A DNA stretch of 61,569 bases, filler included, from Anaerolineae bacterium (GCA_029262755.1; 8 parts of 8 records of this genome joined end to end with filler, not necessarily neighbours in it), one strand, 5' to 3'. Shown: positions 1 through 10,942, numbered from the whole stretch's first letter. The notes: generated by a model not told the origin, from the letters alone. Program-made: numbers and translations.

Positions 1-1
1 C

Positions 2-583
2 GTGGATGCGGCGCAGCGGGCGTTCGGCGGCCGCGGCACAACGGTGCTGCGGCGGATGCGGGCGCCGGCCCTCGGCGGACGGGCGGCCATGGGATTGTTG
101 CGCGAGGAGTTGGCCCGGCGGGGGGCGGAGAACCACGAGCACGAGCTGCAGCCCGTCGTGCGTGCGACGGCCGGCCATCCGCGCGCGATCCGGCGGGCGG
201 GTTTCGCGTTGCGCGCGTCGGATCCCCGTGCGGTCGCCACGTTCTTCACGGACGCGAGCGGACCGGCGGCGGGGCTCTACGAGGCGATGTGGGGCACCGC
301 GTGGCGCGACGCGCCGGCCGCGGCGCGCGAAGCGGTGCTAGCGGTGTTGGCGCTGCGCCGAGCGGGCATCGTGGCCCACGCCGCCAACGTGGCCCGCGCG
401 GTGGGCGACGACGCGGCGCGGGCGGCGCGCGGTGTCGAGGACGCTCTGGATGCGGGGCTGCTGATCGGCACGCCGGAGGGCAGTTTGGCAACGGCCGCAA
501 TGCTACGGCGATGGCTGGAGCGAGAGGAAGTGCCGCAGCGGCTGCCTAGAAGGGCCAGAAGTACGGCACCGCGATCAACGTGA
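2..583 (+). CDS. Partial (5'-truncated) protein, possibly the helical/winged-helix part of an NB-ARC/STAND-like ATPase
   Basis: Frame is open from the window edge. ATAGHPRAI resembles the GxP motif of STAND helical domains, followed by a LYEAMWGTAW-type segment. Overlaps the convergent permease 3' end by 38 nt. Confidence 0.35.
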   Translation: MDAAQRAFGGRGTTVLRRMRAPALGGRAAMGLLREELARRGAENHEHELQPVVRATAGHPRAIRRAGFALRASDPRAVATFFTDASGPAAGLYEAMWGTAWRDAPAAAREAVLAVLALRRAGIVAHAANVARAVGDDAARAARGVEDALDAGLLIGTPEGSLATAAMLRRWLEREEVPQRLPRRARSTAPRST

Positions 584-2336
584 CCACCATGATGGCCAGG
601 TTGAGCGGTGCGCCGACCCGCGTGAAGTCGAAGAAGCGGTACCCGCCCGGCCCAAAGACCAGCACGTTCGACTGGTGTCCGACCGGCGTCAGGAAGGAGG
701 TCGAGCAGGCGATGACCACGGTCAGGACGAAGGGGTGCGGAGCGAGGCCGAGGGCTAGGGCGACGTCGATGCTGATCGGCGCGATGAGCAAGGTCGCGGC
801 GGCGTTGGACATCGGCTGCGTAAGGAGCGAGGCCAGGAGATAGAGGCCGGCAAGGACGGCGATCGGGCCGTAGGAGCCAAGGGCGCTCACCATGCCGTCG
901 GCAAGGAACTGGGCGGTGCCCGTATTCTCCATCGCTAAGCCCAGCGGCAGCATCGATGCGATCAGGAACACAGAGCGCCACTCGATAGCCTGGTAGGCCT
1001 CGTCCATGGTCAAGCAGCGCGAGAGGACCATCAGGAGCGCGGCGGACACCATGGCCACTGCGATGCCGACCACGGAGAACGTAGCTAAGAAGAGCAGGAA
1101 GCCGATGATGCCCACCGCGATGGGCGCCTTCTTGAGGCGCCGTTCGTCTACGCGCACCGGCTCGAGGACGAAGAAGTGTCGGTCCTCGCGCATCTCCGCC
1201 AGGCGGGAGCGCGGGCCGGAAAGCAGCAGCGTGTCGCCGAAGAGCAGCCGTACGTTGCGCAGCCGTTTGTGCGTAATCGCGCCGTCCCGCCGAAGCGCGA
1301 GGGCGTTGAAACCGTAGCGGTCGCGGAAGTTCGCCTCGGCGAGGGTCCGGCCGATCAGGGGCGACTGGTTGGAAAGCACCGCTTCGAAGAGCAGCGTTTC
1401 CGAGGGCGCCTGGCCGGCCAGCGCCAGCGAGCCCTCGTGCTCGATGGACAAGCCGAGCCGCCGGCGCGCGTCGATCAGACGGTCCACGGGCGCCTCGACG
1501 AGCATGAGATCGCCCTCGCGGATGATCGTGTCGCCCGAAGGCGCCATGCGCACCTCGCCGTCGCGCTCGATGCCGACCACCGTCATATCGTCGTCGGCGC
1601 CGAGGCGCGTCTCGCGCAATGTCTGGCCGACCATGGGGCCGTCCGGCAGGACGCGGACCTCGCTGACGTAGCGGCGGATGTCGAAGGCCGCCTCCGGATG
1701 CTCGGCGGAACGGCGGTTGGGCAGCAGGAGTCGGCCGACGGTGGTCATGAACAGGATGCCGGTGCCGAACACGACGATGCCGGTCTTCGTGTAGTCGAAG
1801 AAGCTGAAGGGCTCGAAGCCGCGCGAGGCGAGGATCTCGGTAGCCAGGATGTTGGGCGGCGTGCCGATGAGCGTCATGTTGCCGCCCAGCAGCGAAGAGA
1901 AGGCGAGCGGGATCAGCAGACGGCTGGCCGGAATTCCGGTCTGCCTGGCGATCTGGATCACGGCCGGTAGGAGCACGGCTGCGGCGCCGATGTTGTTCAT
2001 GAAGGCGGACATGCAGCCGCAGGTGAGCATCAGCACCGCGATGAGCCGTGGCTCGCTGCGCCCGGCCACACGCAGGATGCGTTCGCCGAGGAAGTCGGCG
2101 ACGCCGGTCTTGAACAGGCCCGCCGACACGATGTACACGGCCCACACCGTGATGACCGCAGGGCTGGAGAAGCCCGAAAACGCTTCGCTTTCGTCGATCA
2201 GGCCCGTGAACACCATCGCGAGCAGCACCATGACCGCGATGACGTCGGCCCGCAGCTTCTCCGTGGCAAAGAGCGCCACGGCGGCGACGATCACCCCGAG
2301 CGTCAGGGCGATGTCGAAGGTCATGCCCTCGATCAC
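546..2336 (-). CDS. SLC13/CitMHS-family permease with two internal TrkA-C (RCK_C) domains
   Basis: Multi-TM protein with SAFMNN, LLGGNMTLIGTPPN and FLTPVGHQSNVLVFGPGGYRFFDF motifs. Two hydrophilic TrkA-C repeats (VGQTLRE...IIREGD; IGRTLAE...LLFGD). GTG start overlaps the upstream gene's stop. Confidence 0.9.
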   Translation of the reverse strand: MIEGMTFDIALTLGVIVAAVALFATEKLRADVIAVMVLLAMVFTGLIDESEAFSGFSSPAVITVWAVYIVSAGLFKTGVADFLGERILRVAGRSEPRLIAVLMLTCGCMSAFMNNIGAAAVLLPAVIQIARQTGIPASRLLIPLAFSSLLGGNMTLIGTPPNILATEILASRGFEPFSFFDYTKTGIVVFGTGILFMTTVGRLLLPNRRSAEHPEAAFDIRRYVSEVRVLPDGPMVGQTLRETRLGADDDMTVVGIERDGEVRMAPSGDTIIREGDLMLVEAPVDRLIDARRRLGLSIEHEGSLALAGQAPSETLLFEAVLSNQSPLIGRTLAEANFRDRYGFNALALRRDGAITHKRLRNVRLLFGDTLLLSGPRSRLAEMREDRHFFVLEPVRVDERRLKKAPIAVGIIGFLLFLATFSVVGIAVAMVSAALLMVLSRCLTMDEAYQAIEWRSVFLIASMLPLGLAMENTGTAQFLADGMVSALGSYGPIAVLAGLYLLASLLTQPMSNAAATLLIAPISIDVALALGLAPHPFVLTVVIACSTSFLTPVGHQSNVLVFGPGGYRFFDFTRVGAPLNLAIMVVTLIAVPYFWPF

Positions 2337-5300
2337 GGGGCGCCCGGCAGACGGGGTAGCGCCCGGCTGGGCGCGGGCGGGAAGGCGGGCACGGAAGGGG
2401 GATTTGCCGCGAGCAGGGCGAGAATTTCAGTCACCCCACGCGCGAGCTGAGGGTCCTGGTCCGCCACGTGGTCCTGCGGTTGGATCTCCACCACGATGTC
2501 GGGATCCGTGCCGTAGTTCTCGAGCCCCCAGCCCACGTCCTGGAACCAGAACGAGAACTCGGGCTGGGTGGTGACGCTACCGTCGGTCAGCGCCTGACGC
2601 GGCCAGATCCCGATCACGCCGCCCCACGTCCGTGTCCCGATCAGTGGGCCTAGCGCCATCATCTTGAAGGCGTGGCTGAACATGTCGCCGTCGGAGCCCG
2701 CGCCCTCGTTGGTCAGGGCCACCAGCGGCCCCATGATCGACTCCGTCGGGTAGGGCACGGGGGCGCCCCAACGCTGCACGTCGTAGCCCAGACGCTTACG
2801 CGCCAGCTTTTCGAGGATCAAGGGCGACACGTGGCCGCCGCCGTTGAAGCGCACGTCGACCACGAGCGCTTCTCGATCGATCTCGGCCAGGAAACCGCGG
2901 TGGAACTCCGCGTAGCCGCGCGCGCTCATGTCGGGGATGTGCACATAGCCCGCGCGACCCTCCGTGGCCTCGTGCACCCAGCGACGGTTCGCGTCGACCC
3001 ACGCCCGGTAGCGCAGCGCGCGCTCGTCGCGCAGCGTGTGCACGGTGAACGTGCGTGGCGAAGGGGCGGGGTCCGTTGCATCACTGGTGTCCGCTGCGGT
3101 GGTTTCGGGGCGCGATGGCCCTGCACTCTTCCGGTCCTCTTTCGACTTGACGCCCTTGCGCGCATCGCCATCTGCGCGCGAGTCGGCCTTCTCCGTTTCC
3201 GCCGTGCTATCCGCCTGGTCCCCGCCGTCTGCCGGCGTATCTGCTGCAGCTCGGACCATGGTCAGCAGCACGGGCTCGCCCGCGCGATGCACGAGGGCTT
3301 CGCCGGGCGATAGATTCGCACCCAAGCGTCGGCCGTCGATCGCAAGCAAGCGGTCGCCCGGCTGCACGTCGAGGCCCGCGCGGGCCAAGGGGGAGCCTTC
3401 GCTTGGATCCCAGGGGCTGCCCGCGACGATGCTCGCAACGGTCCACGACTGGGCGTCTTCGTCCCAGCGTAGATCCGCGCCGAGATGGCCGAGGCTCCAA
3501 CGGGGCGCCGATCGGCGGTCGCCGCCGTATTCATAGGCATGCGACGTGCCCAGCTCGCCCTGCATCTCCCACATGAGGTCGGAGAATTCGTCACGGGTCG
3601 CGACGCGATCCACAAGCGGCAGGTAGCGTTCGTACACGGCCCGCCAATCCAAGCCGGCCATATCCTCGACCCAGAACTGATCGCGCTGCAGACGCCATGC
3701 CTCGCGGAGCATCTGGCGCCACTCGGCGGCGGGGTCGACGGATACGCGGACACGGGATAGATCCAACCACCCCGACTTGCGCGGCGGCCCCTTGTCCGGT
3801 GGCTTCTGCCCCGCCTTGACCACCCGCAAGCGCCTGCCGCTGCGCAACAACATCCAGTCGGCTCGTGGCGTGACCACCACCGCGTCGACATCGTCGGCCA
3901 AGGTGTCCAGGCGACGGTCGGCAAAGTCCCAGGCCAAGAGACGCCCCGAAGAGGGCCGCGGCGTATCGCCTTCCTCGCTTGGCGGGCCCGCCGGGTGCGG
4001 CATCGGGGTTTGGACGAACATCGCGCTGCCCTTGGCCGCGCGCATCATCCGGTACCGGCCCTCGGCCACGGGAAAGGGGATCACGCGCTCGGTAATGCCC
4101 TCGAGGTCGATGCGCAGCTTCTTGCCCTTGCGCTTCTTGGCTTCGGCCCTGCCCCGCCCCGCCGCCCCCGCAGCTTTCGCAGCGCGTGCGGGTTTCCCGT
4201 TGTCGTCCCCTTGGTCCTCTTCGAAGCCTACGACGCGCGCCCTCGCGGCCGCCCGAGGCGGCGCGATGCGCACGGCACCGCCGACGCCTTCGTTGTCTAG
4301 CTCGTCGTCGAGCTCGTCCTCGTCGCCATCTTCGTCTTCGTCCTCGTCTTCGTTCTCACCGTCACCGTCACCCTCCTCGTCACCGTCTGCATCGTCGTCC
4401 GCATCCTCGTCCAGGTTGTCGTCCTCGTCGTCCGCGGGTAGCGCGTCGTCGTCCGCGTCGATTGGAGGATCCTGCTCATCGTGGTCCGTGTCGTCCGCTT
4501 CGTTCTCCGCATCTTTCTTTTGCTTCGGCGGCTTGCTGCCCGGCCAGCGAGGATCCGCGGTGAAGGGGTCCTCGACGTCGGCGCGCAAGGTCAGCAGGTG
4601 GGGGCGTGTACCGTAGGGAAAGCCGAGATCGAAGTGCAGGTTGTCGTAGACGGGGCTGAAATCGCGTTGCGAGAGAAAGTAGAGGTAGCGTCCGTTGGGA
4701 TCCCACGCCGGGCTTTCGTCGTGCAGCACCGGGGTTGTCGCGGGGTGGACCGCACCGGTCGCCACCTCGCACAGACGGATATGCGAGGTCTGGCGCGTCC
4801 CAGAATAGGCGTATGCGAGCCACCGGCCGTCCGGTGACCATGCCACGTCTCGGATCCGGTCGTGCTTGCTGACGTCGAGTACGCGGGCGGTTGGTGTGGA
4901 CGCCGCCGCACCAGACGCCGCCGCCGCCGCGTCGGAATCTCCCGCAGCAGGAGCCGATTCCTCGTCCGACGCTGCTTCTTCGCCGCCTCCCGGCTTGTCG
5001 CCGGACGCCGCCTCCCGTCCCGTCTCGTCGTCGACCTTCTCCGCGTTCGCATCGACCTCGTCGCTTGTCTTGGATTGCGCCGCGGTGTCGTCGCCATTGA
5101 GCGCAACCACGATCAGCTCGAGACGGTGGTTGGTCAGGGCGATCACGTCTTTGTGGGGCGAGACGACCAGCGAGACGGGACGACCGAGGTCGAGTTCTTC
5201 GAAGCGCAGGGGCTCTTCGGCGCCATCGATGCGGTGGACCTCGATGGCTTCCTCGCCGTCGGTGTCCGCGATCAGCACGACGCGTTCGCCATCGGGCAGC

Positions 5301-6298
5301 CATGCGGCGAGGCGGTGGCGCACACCGTCGCGCGCGCCCAGCTGCACGACCGCGCCGTCGTGGTTGTCCATCGCGAAGGGCTTGCCGCGGCTGTTGATCA
5401 CGACGGCGCGGCCCTCCGGGTGCAGCGCATAGCCCTGCAAGTAGCTCGACGCGTGCACGAAGCGCCGCTTGCGCCGTGGCCGCGGGCTGTGCAACGCGAT
5501 CGGCACGCGGGCCACGCTGCCGTCGGCGGGATCGAACAAATACAGATCGGCGCCGGCGTGATAGACGATGCGCCGCCCGTCCGTGGCCGGATGGCGCACG
5601 TAGTAGTCGTCATGGTCCGTGTGGCGCAGCAGGTCCTCGCCGCCGGGCGTGCACGAGTAGAGGTTGCCGACGCCCTCGTGATCGCTGACGAAATAGATCC
5701 GGTCGCCGATCCAAAGCGGTTGGGCGACGTTGCCGTCGAGCGTGATCAGCCGCCGCCAGTCACCGTCGCCTTCCGCGTCCACCCATAGGTCGCCGGTCCG
5801 GCCACCCCGATACCGCTTCCAGCGTGCGATGTCGGTCAGGTTGCGTCCGATGACGAGCCCGCCATCCGGTGCGAACGAGACACCCATGGCCGGCCCGGTC
5901 GGCAGGATCTCCGGCTGGGCGCCAGGCCGGTCCGGGTCGATCAAGCGCAGCGTGGACAGCGAGCGAAAGGGCTGACCCGCGTCGGATGCGCACACGATGC
6001 GTTTCCCGTCCGGCGTCCAGCCGCGTACCAGGCTTGACGTACCCAGAAAGGTCAGGCGTATGGCCTCGCCGCCGGCCGCCGCCATCACGTAGACTTCGTC
6101 TTCACCTTCATCGCGTCCCGTGAACGCCAGGCGCGTGCCGTCCGGCGATAGTGCGGGATGGCTCGCTACCCCGGGGTTAGCCGTGAGCCGACGCGCAACG
6201 CCGCCGGTGGCCTCCACCGTCCACAGATCCTCCTCACACGCGAAGACGATCGTGTCCTCGTGCAGCGTAGGAAAGCGGTAGTAGCCCGCGTCTGACAT
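2333..6298 (-). CDS. Tricorn protease homolog (S41 family; beta-propellers, PDZ, catalytic domain)
   Basis: GYYRFPTLH N-terminus, WKRYRGG, WSPDGRWLAY/WDPNGRYLYF repeats, GELGTSHAY, GYVHIPDM, DVRFNGGG, catalytic GSDGD, GTRTWGG, ENYGTDPD. Confidence 0.92.
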   Translation of the reverse strand: MSDAGYYRFPTLHEDTIVFACEEDLWTVEATGGVARRLTANPGVASHPALSPDGTRLAFTGRDEGEDEVYVMAAAGGEAIRLTFLGTSSLVRGWTPDGKRIVCASDAGQPFRSLSTLRLIDPDRPGAQPEILPTGPAMGVSFAPDGGLVIGRNLTDIARWKRYRGGRTGDLWVDAEGDGDWRRLITLDGNVAQPLWIGDRIYFVSDHEGVGNLYSCTPGGEDLLRHTDHDDYYVRHPATDGRRIVYHAGADLYLFDPADGSVARVPIALHSPRPRRKRRFVHASSYLQGYALHPEGRAVVINSRGKPFAMDNHDGAVVQLGARDGVRHRLAAWLPDGERVVLIADTDGEEAIEVHRIDGAEEPLRFEELDLGRPVSLVVSPHKDVIALTNHRLELIVVALNGDDTAAQSKTSDEVDANAEKVDDETGREAASGDKPGGGEEAASDEESAPAAGDSDAAAAASGAAASTPTARVLDVSKHDRIRDVAWSPDGRWLAYAYSGTRQTSHIRLCEVATGAVHPATTPVLHDESPAWDPNGRYLYFLSQRDFSPVYDNLHFDLGFPYGTRPHLLTLRADVEDPFTADPRWPGSKPPKQKKDAENEADDTDHDEQDPPIDADDDALPADDEDDNLDEDADDDADGDEEGDGDGENEDEDEDEDGDEDELDDELDNEGVGGAVRIAPPRAAARARVVGFEEDQGDDNGKPARAAKAAGAAGRGRAEAKKRKGKKLRIDLEGITERVIPFPVAEGRYRMMRAAKGSAMFVQTPMPHPAGPPSEEGDTPRPSSGRLLAWDFADRRLDTLADDVDAVVVTPRADWMLLRSGRRLRVVKAGQKPPDKGPPRKSGWLDLSRVRVSVDPAAEWRQMLREAWRLQRDQFWVEDMAGLDWRAVYERYLPLVDRVATRDEFSDLMWEMQGELGTSHAYEYGGDRRSAPRWSLGHLGADLRWDEDAQSWTVASIVAGSPWDPSEGSPLARAGLDVQPGDRLLAIDGRRLGANLSPGEALVHRAGEPVLLTMVRAAADTPADGGDQADSTAETEKADSRADGDARKGVKSKEDRKSAGPSRPETTAADTSDATDPAPSPRTFTVHTLRDERALRYRAWVDANRRWVHEATEGRAGYVHIPDMSARGYAEFHRGFLAEIDREALVVDVRFNGGGHVSPLILEKLARKRLGYDVQRWGAPVPYPTESIMGPLVALTNEGAGSDGDMFSHAFKMMALGPLIGTRTWGGVIGIWPRQALTDGSVTTQPEFSFWFQDVGWGLENYGTDPDIVVEIQPQDHVADQDPQLARGVTEILALLAANPPSVPAFPPAPSRALPRLPGAP

Positions 6299-6625
6299 GG
6301 CATAACCCCAGCAATGGGATGCTCCGATGAAAGGGTCGGGTACTATAGCGAAGGGCAGGTATGCGCGGTATTGAACTCGGTCGGCCGGACGCGGCGTATC
6401 GGTGTTCTACACGGTGACGCCTAACGCGGACGCCTAACGCCGACGCTCATAACTGCAACATCCGCTGCGACCGACGCGTCTGTGTCCGTGTCCTCGGCGA
6501 ACGAATGTTGTAGATGCCTGCACCGGCAACGAATGATCACGCAGGCGACTCTTAGATCACGCACGCGACGTTAGAGAACGCGTACCAGAACGCATACCAG
6601 ACAGAGCACACGCACACACCACCCC

Positions 6626-9600
6626 GTGGAGCCCGCGATCACACGTCTCGACGGTCCCATCATTGATTCCCCGCGTCCCGCGCACCCCGCGCACGCCCGA
6701 GCCCGCGGCATCGCGGCTTGCGTGCTGGTCGCAGCCGCCGCGTGTATGGGCGCGGCCGCCGGTGGGCGCCCGGTGCACGCCCAGGAGACGCCGCCCGAGC
6801 CGGGGCCGATCATCGCGCCCTTGCGACGGTATCGGCTGCAGGAGACCCGGCGCAACCAGCCTTGGCGCCCCGCGCCCGGTCGCTTCGGCCGCGCGGCGGA
6901 CGTGACGAGCACACCCGACGGCCGGGTCTACGCGTTGGACGATCGGGTCGTCGCCGGCCGCGCCGCGGCCGTTCACGTGCTCGACCCGACCGGTCGGCCC
7001 TATGATCACTGGTCGGTGCAAGGGCAGAACGATCCGGTTGGCGCGGGCTACGGCTGGACGCCCAAGCGAATCGACGCGACCCCGGACGGCACCTTGCTCG
7101 TCCTGCTCCACGGTCGTTCCCAGGCGGGCGGCCTGTTCCATGTGCGGGTCGATCACCTGGACACCGAAGGGCGCGTGCTCGGCCGCTTCCAACGTGCCCT
7201 GCCGCTACCCGAGGCGTACGTCGACGTCGCCGCGGAGCCGGAGGGCGGCCTTGTGCTCGCCCGACGCGGGGCGAACCCTTGGTGCGTTGGCGCGAACGGT
7301 CTGCCCGGCCGCGACGGTCCCGGCCCCAGCCCCTACGGCATCGACCGCTACGGAGCGGACGCGCTGCGGCCCGTGTCGCCGGATGACGGCTCCGGCCCGG
7401 ACCCCGGCCCCGCGCCCGACGACGAGTCACGCCCCACACGCGTGCTCACCCCGCCCGAGCTCCGCGTGCCCCTTTCGCTCGACGTCGACGCCGCAGGGCT
7501 CATCTACGTGGCCCAACGTGACCCGGCCCCGTGTGCCCTACGAACCGGTCCACCGCCGACCCGCCCGCCGGGCTTTGGAGCCGCGCGACGCCTCCTTCCC
7601 CCGAGCGACGCATCGTCGATCATCGCGGAGGTCGGGGGAATCACAGGATTCACAGGAATCGCGGAGCCAGAGACCGTCGAGACCAGCCAATCCCTTGAAA
7701 TCGGCGAGACCGTCGAAACCATCGACATCGCCGAGACCGCGGGCCGCACGATCACCACGGACACGCGCCTCACGCGCGAAGGGGACGGTTCCGTCGAGGG
7801 CGTGCTCTTGCTCGGGCCGGATGGCCGCGTGGACGGCGCGTTGCCCTTCGCCGGTCCGCGCGACGTCGCGGTCGGTGCCGCGGGGCTCTTCGTCGCACGC
7901 CACGGCGAGTTGTTCGCAGCCCAGCCGAGCGGCGCAGGCATCGAGGACGAACCCCTGCTCACCGTGCCGCTCGGTCGCGCCCCGGGCGACCTGGATGACC
8001 CGGATCCCTTGCGGATCGACGTGCGAGCGGACGGCGCGCTCGTCGTCAGCCTCGACGATTGCTTGGCGCAAGGCGTGCTCTGGATCGATGCCGATGACGT
8101 GCGCCGAGCGGGTCCGCAGCCCGTGCGGGCACGCCTCATCGGCGCCCCGGACGCTCCCGAGCTCGAGGGGCCCGCGTGGCCGCGGCGCCTCGCGGCCGAC
8201 ACGAATCTAGCGGTGCTGCAGGGCCGGTTGCGCATTTCTGGACTACGGCCGGAGACGCAGTACGAAGCGAGCAGCCTAGCCGGGCACGACGGTCAGGCCG
8301 TGCAGGATTGGAGCGCGGACGGTACGTTGCGCGGGCAGCGCGCGGTGTGCGCCGGCGCGGGCGCGTGGCGCGCGCGCGACGTGGCCGTGGACGGCGATCG
8401 TGTCTTCACCCTACACGCGGATCGCGTGCGCCTGCGTCCCGATTTCGGTTTCCCCGCCTGGACCTTCTGGCCGGACGCGGAACCGCTGAACGCCGTCGAT
8501 CCCGCCGCGCAGGGCCGTCTTCAGGCGATTGACGCGCGCGCCGGAACCGTGATGGCCCTCGATCAGGCATCGGGCGACCTCTTGTCGCTCGACGCGCAGG
8601 GCGTGCTCATCGCGCGCATATCGGTGCACGCTCGGCCGCCGGAGGAAGAACGCGCTCCCGTTGCGCCGGGCGAACCCGCTCCGCCACCCAACCCGGATCC
8701 GGATCCCGACCCCGCCGCCATCGCCGATCTGCGCGCCCTCCCCATGGACCTGGCCCTCGGACGGGGCGAAGACGCGGTCTTCGTGGCCTTGAGCGGACGC
8801 GGCCACGTCGTGGTGCACGCAGCCGACGGCGCACGGCGCGCCGCCTGGCCTACGCGCGACGCGATTCGCGCGATCGCGACGGGGCGTGGTGACGAGCAGG
8901 ACGTGTTCATCCTCGGCCGCGGCGGCTGGGTGTATCGGCATCGCCCGGACGGAGCGCTGGTTGCGGCGTGGCCTCTGCCCGATCCCGGCGTCGAGGCCAC
9001 GGACCTTGCGGTGGACCGCGCCGGCCGGGTCTTCGTGTCCTGGGCGCGCCTGGCGCCTGCGCGTAACGCCCTCGAGCAGCGCAGCACGCCGATCCGCGGG
9101 GCGGGGGTATGGGTGTTCGTCCCAGACGATACGAGCTGGGACGAGGCGCCGCGGCAGGCGAGCCCGCCCGGTAGCTGTCTCCTCGTGCCGGACAAGCGCG
9201 CCGCGCCGCCTTCCCTGATGTTGGGCGACGAGGTCTCGGTCACGCTGACGATCGCCGGGCGCTGCCCCGAGCCGCCGGCGCCCGTCGATCTGGTGATCTT
9301 GCTCGACGCTTCGGGTTCCATGGCCGCGGGGGAATCGGACGCCCGTGCGCTCGACGCACTCCTGACCATCCTCGCGGGTCTCGATCCACGCGCGGCGCGC
9401 GTTGGGCTCGTAACCTTCGCGGAATCGGTACGCGTATTGCAGCCACCGGACCACGATCTACCGGCCGTCGCTGCGGCGGCTGCGCGCGTGCGGGCTGCCG
9501 GCGCATCGCGCCTCGCGGCCGGTCTCGAGCGGACGGCCGACCTGCTTTCCGCGGAACGCGATGCATCGCCGGAACGCCTCGACGCGCGGCGGCTCGTGCT

Positions 9601-10795
9601 GCTGCTGACCGATGGTGCGATCGAGGACGATCCCGCCCTGTGGCCCGCCCACGACCGGTTGCGCGCCGAGAACGCGGAACTGCACGTCCTGCGCTTCGCC
9701 AACGAGGAGCTCGATTTCCGTCACCAGGTCACGATGCGTAGCCTCGTGGTGGACGAAGACCGTATCTTGTCGGATCCGCCCGACGAAGCGATCCGCAAGC
9801 ATCTCTTCGCGTTGACCTATCGGGCGAGGACCCGCGGCCTGCTGGCCTCCGCCCGAATCGTCGACGTGCTGCCCGACGACATGGCCTACGTGCCCGACAC
9901 GGCGCGTCCACCGGCGCTCTATGACACGGCCACGCGCAGCCTCATTTGGGACGTTGCGGCGCGCCCCGGACAACCGATGCTCGGAGCGCCGACCCTCACC
10001 TACCGCCTTCGCCCCCTCCAGGCTGGGCTGCGCCCGACCAACGTACTCGCTACGGCGGCGATCACCGATGCCTTAGGACAACCGGCGACGTTGCGCTTCC
10101 CAGTACCGGAGGTCGAGGTGCTCGCTCCACGGTGGACGTTGCACATGCCCGTGCTTGGCCGCTCTGCTTGTCTGCGGCCGCCGCCCGCCTTGGATGTCGT
10201 CATCACGCTCGACACCTCACGGTCCATGGACCTGCCCGCGGGTGATCCGAACGATCCGTCTCGTAGTCGGCTCGACGCGGCGCGCGAAGCCGTGCTCGTG
10301 CTCGCGCACGATCTGGCCGCGCAGGGCGATCAGCCACCGGGTGGAGCCCGGACCTCCGCCCACCGGATCGGCGTGGTCGCCTTCCACGAGACGGCGCGCG
10401 AGGTCCTGCCGCTCGGGGACGATCTCGCTCTGTTGCGCACGAGCTTGGCCGCGCTCCGGACGGCGCCGGGATCGCGCCTCGACGCGGGGCTGCGCACCGC
10501 AGGTGCGATGATTGCGCGCTCCGATCGTTCCGCGGAACGGGTCGTCGTGTTGCTCACGGACGGTCGACAAGGCGGTGGGCCGGCCGGCGCGCGCGCCGCG
10601 CGCGATGCGGCGCGCGCACTGGATGCGCGTCGGATTACGATCGGCTACGGTCCGCGCGGATCCATCGACCTTTCCCTGCTGCGTGACCTCGCAGGCCACC
10701 ATGACGATGCCATGTACGCACCCGACAGCGCATCGCTGCGCGTGCTCGCCGGCCGCCTCGCCGGCCGCCTCGCTTGCCCGGATGGCGCGCCGTGA
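6626..10795 (+). CDS. Large secreted NHL-like beta-propeller protein with two VWA domains
   Basis: Signal-like segment ending PVHAQ, NHL-like repeats (DVAVD, DLAVDRAGRVFV), two MIDAS motifs (DASGSM...LTDG; DTSRSM...LTDG) and a DUF11-like VDVLPDDMAYVP segment. Start uncertain. Confidence 0.75.
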   Translation: MEPAITRLDGPIIDSPRPAHPAHARARGIAACVLVAAAACMGAAAGGRPVHAQETPPEPGPIIAPLRRYRLQETRRNQPWRPAPGRFGRAADVTSTPDGRVYALDDRVVAGRAAAVHVLDPTGRPYDHWSVQGQNDPVGAGYGWTPKRIDATPDGTLLVLLHGRSQAGGLFHVRVDHLDTEGRVLGRFQRALPLPEAYVDVAAEPEGGLVLARRGANPWCVGANGLPGRDGPGPSPYGIDRYGADALRPVSPDDGSGPDPGPAPDDESRPTRVLTPPELRVPLSLDVDAAGLIYVAQRDPAPCALRTGPPPTRPPGFGAARRLLPPSDASSIIAEVGGITGFTGIAEPETVETSQSLEIGETVETIDIAETAGRTITTDTRLTREGDGSVEGVLLLGPDGRVDGALPFAGPRDVAVGAAGLFVARHGELFAAQPSGAGIEDEPLLTVPLGRAPGDLDDPDPLRIDVRADGALVVSLDDCLAQGVLWIDADDVRRAGPQPVRARLIGAPDAPELEGPAWPRRLAADTNLAVLQGRLRISGLRPETQYEASSLAGHDGQAVQDWSADGTLRGQRAVCAGAGAWRARDVAVDGDRVFTLHADRVRLRPDFGFPAWTFWPDAEPLNAVDPAAQGRLQAIDARAGTVMALDQASGDLLSLDAQGVLIARISVHARPPEEERAPVAPGEPAPPPNPDPDPDPAAIADLRALPMDLALGRGEDAVFVALSGRGHVVVHAADGARRAAWPTRDAIRAIATGRGDEQDVFILGRGGWVYRHRPDGALVAAWPLPDPGVEATDLAVDRAGRVFVSWARLAPARNALEQRSTPIRGAGVWVFVPDDTSWDEAPRQASPPGSCLLVPDKRAAPPSLMLGDEVSVTLTIAGRCPEPPAPVDLVILLDASGSMAAGESDARALDALLTILAGLDPRAARVGLVTFAESVRVLQPPDHDLPAVAAAAARVRAAGASRLAAGLERTADLLSAERDASPERLDARRLVLLLTDGAIEDDPALWPAHDRLRAENAELHVLRFANEELDFRHQVTMRSLVVDEDRILSDPPDEAIRKHLFALTYRARTRGLLASARIVDVLPDDMAYVPDTARPPALYDTATRSLIWDVAARPGQPMLGAPTLTYRLRPLQAGLRPTNVLATAAITDALGQPATLRFPVPEVEVLAPRWTLHMPVLGRSACLRPPPALDVVITLDTSRSMDLPAGDPNDPSRSRLDAAREAVLVLAHDLAAQGDQPPGGARTSAHRIGVVAFHETAREVLPLGDDLALLRTSLAALRTAPGSRLDAGLRTAGAMIARSDRSAERVVVLLTDGRQGGGPAGARAARDAARALDARRITIGYGPRGSIDLSLLRDLAGHHDDAMYAPDSASLRVLAGRLAGRLACPDGAP

Positions 10796-10942
10796 CGTGC
10801 CCAGTCCGGCTATCCATAGACCGCTTGCCGACGTCGGAAAGTCGATTGATCGCGGTGTCCGAACCCGCTAGGGTTGCGACGAGCCGTCACGTCGGCTGGC
10901 CGCGCGACGTCCTGACTTGATGCGATCGATCCTACCCCAAGG

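Noticed and set aside
546..583. 38-nt convergent overlap between the first ORF and the permease as antisense regulation
   Set aside because: Short convergent overlaps are common in high-GC genomes, and the first ORF is itself low confidence.
6417..6603. Short duplications GACGCCTAACGC x2 and AGAACGC(G/A)TACC x2 in the divergent intergenic region
   Set aside because: Only two copies each; consistent with local slippage, with no supportable function.
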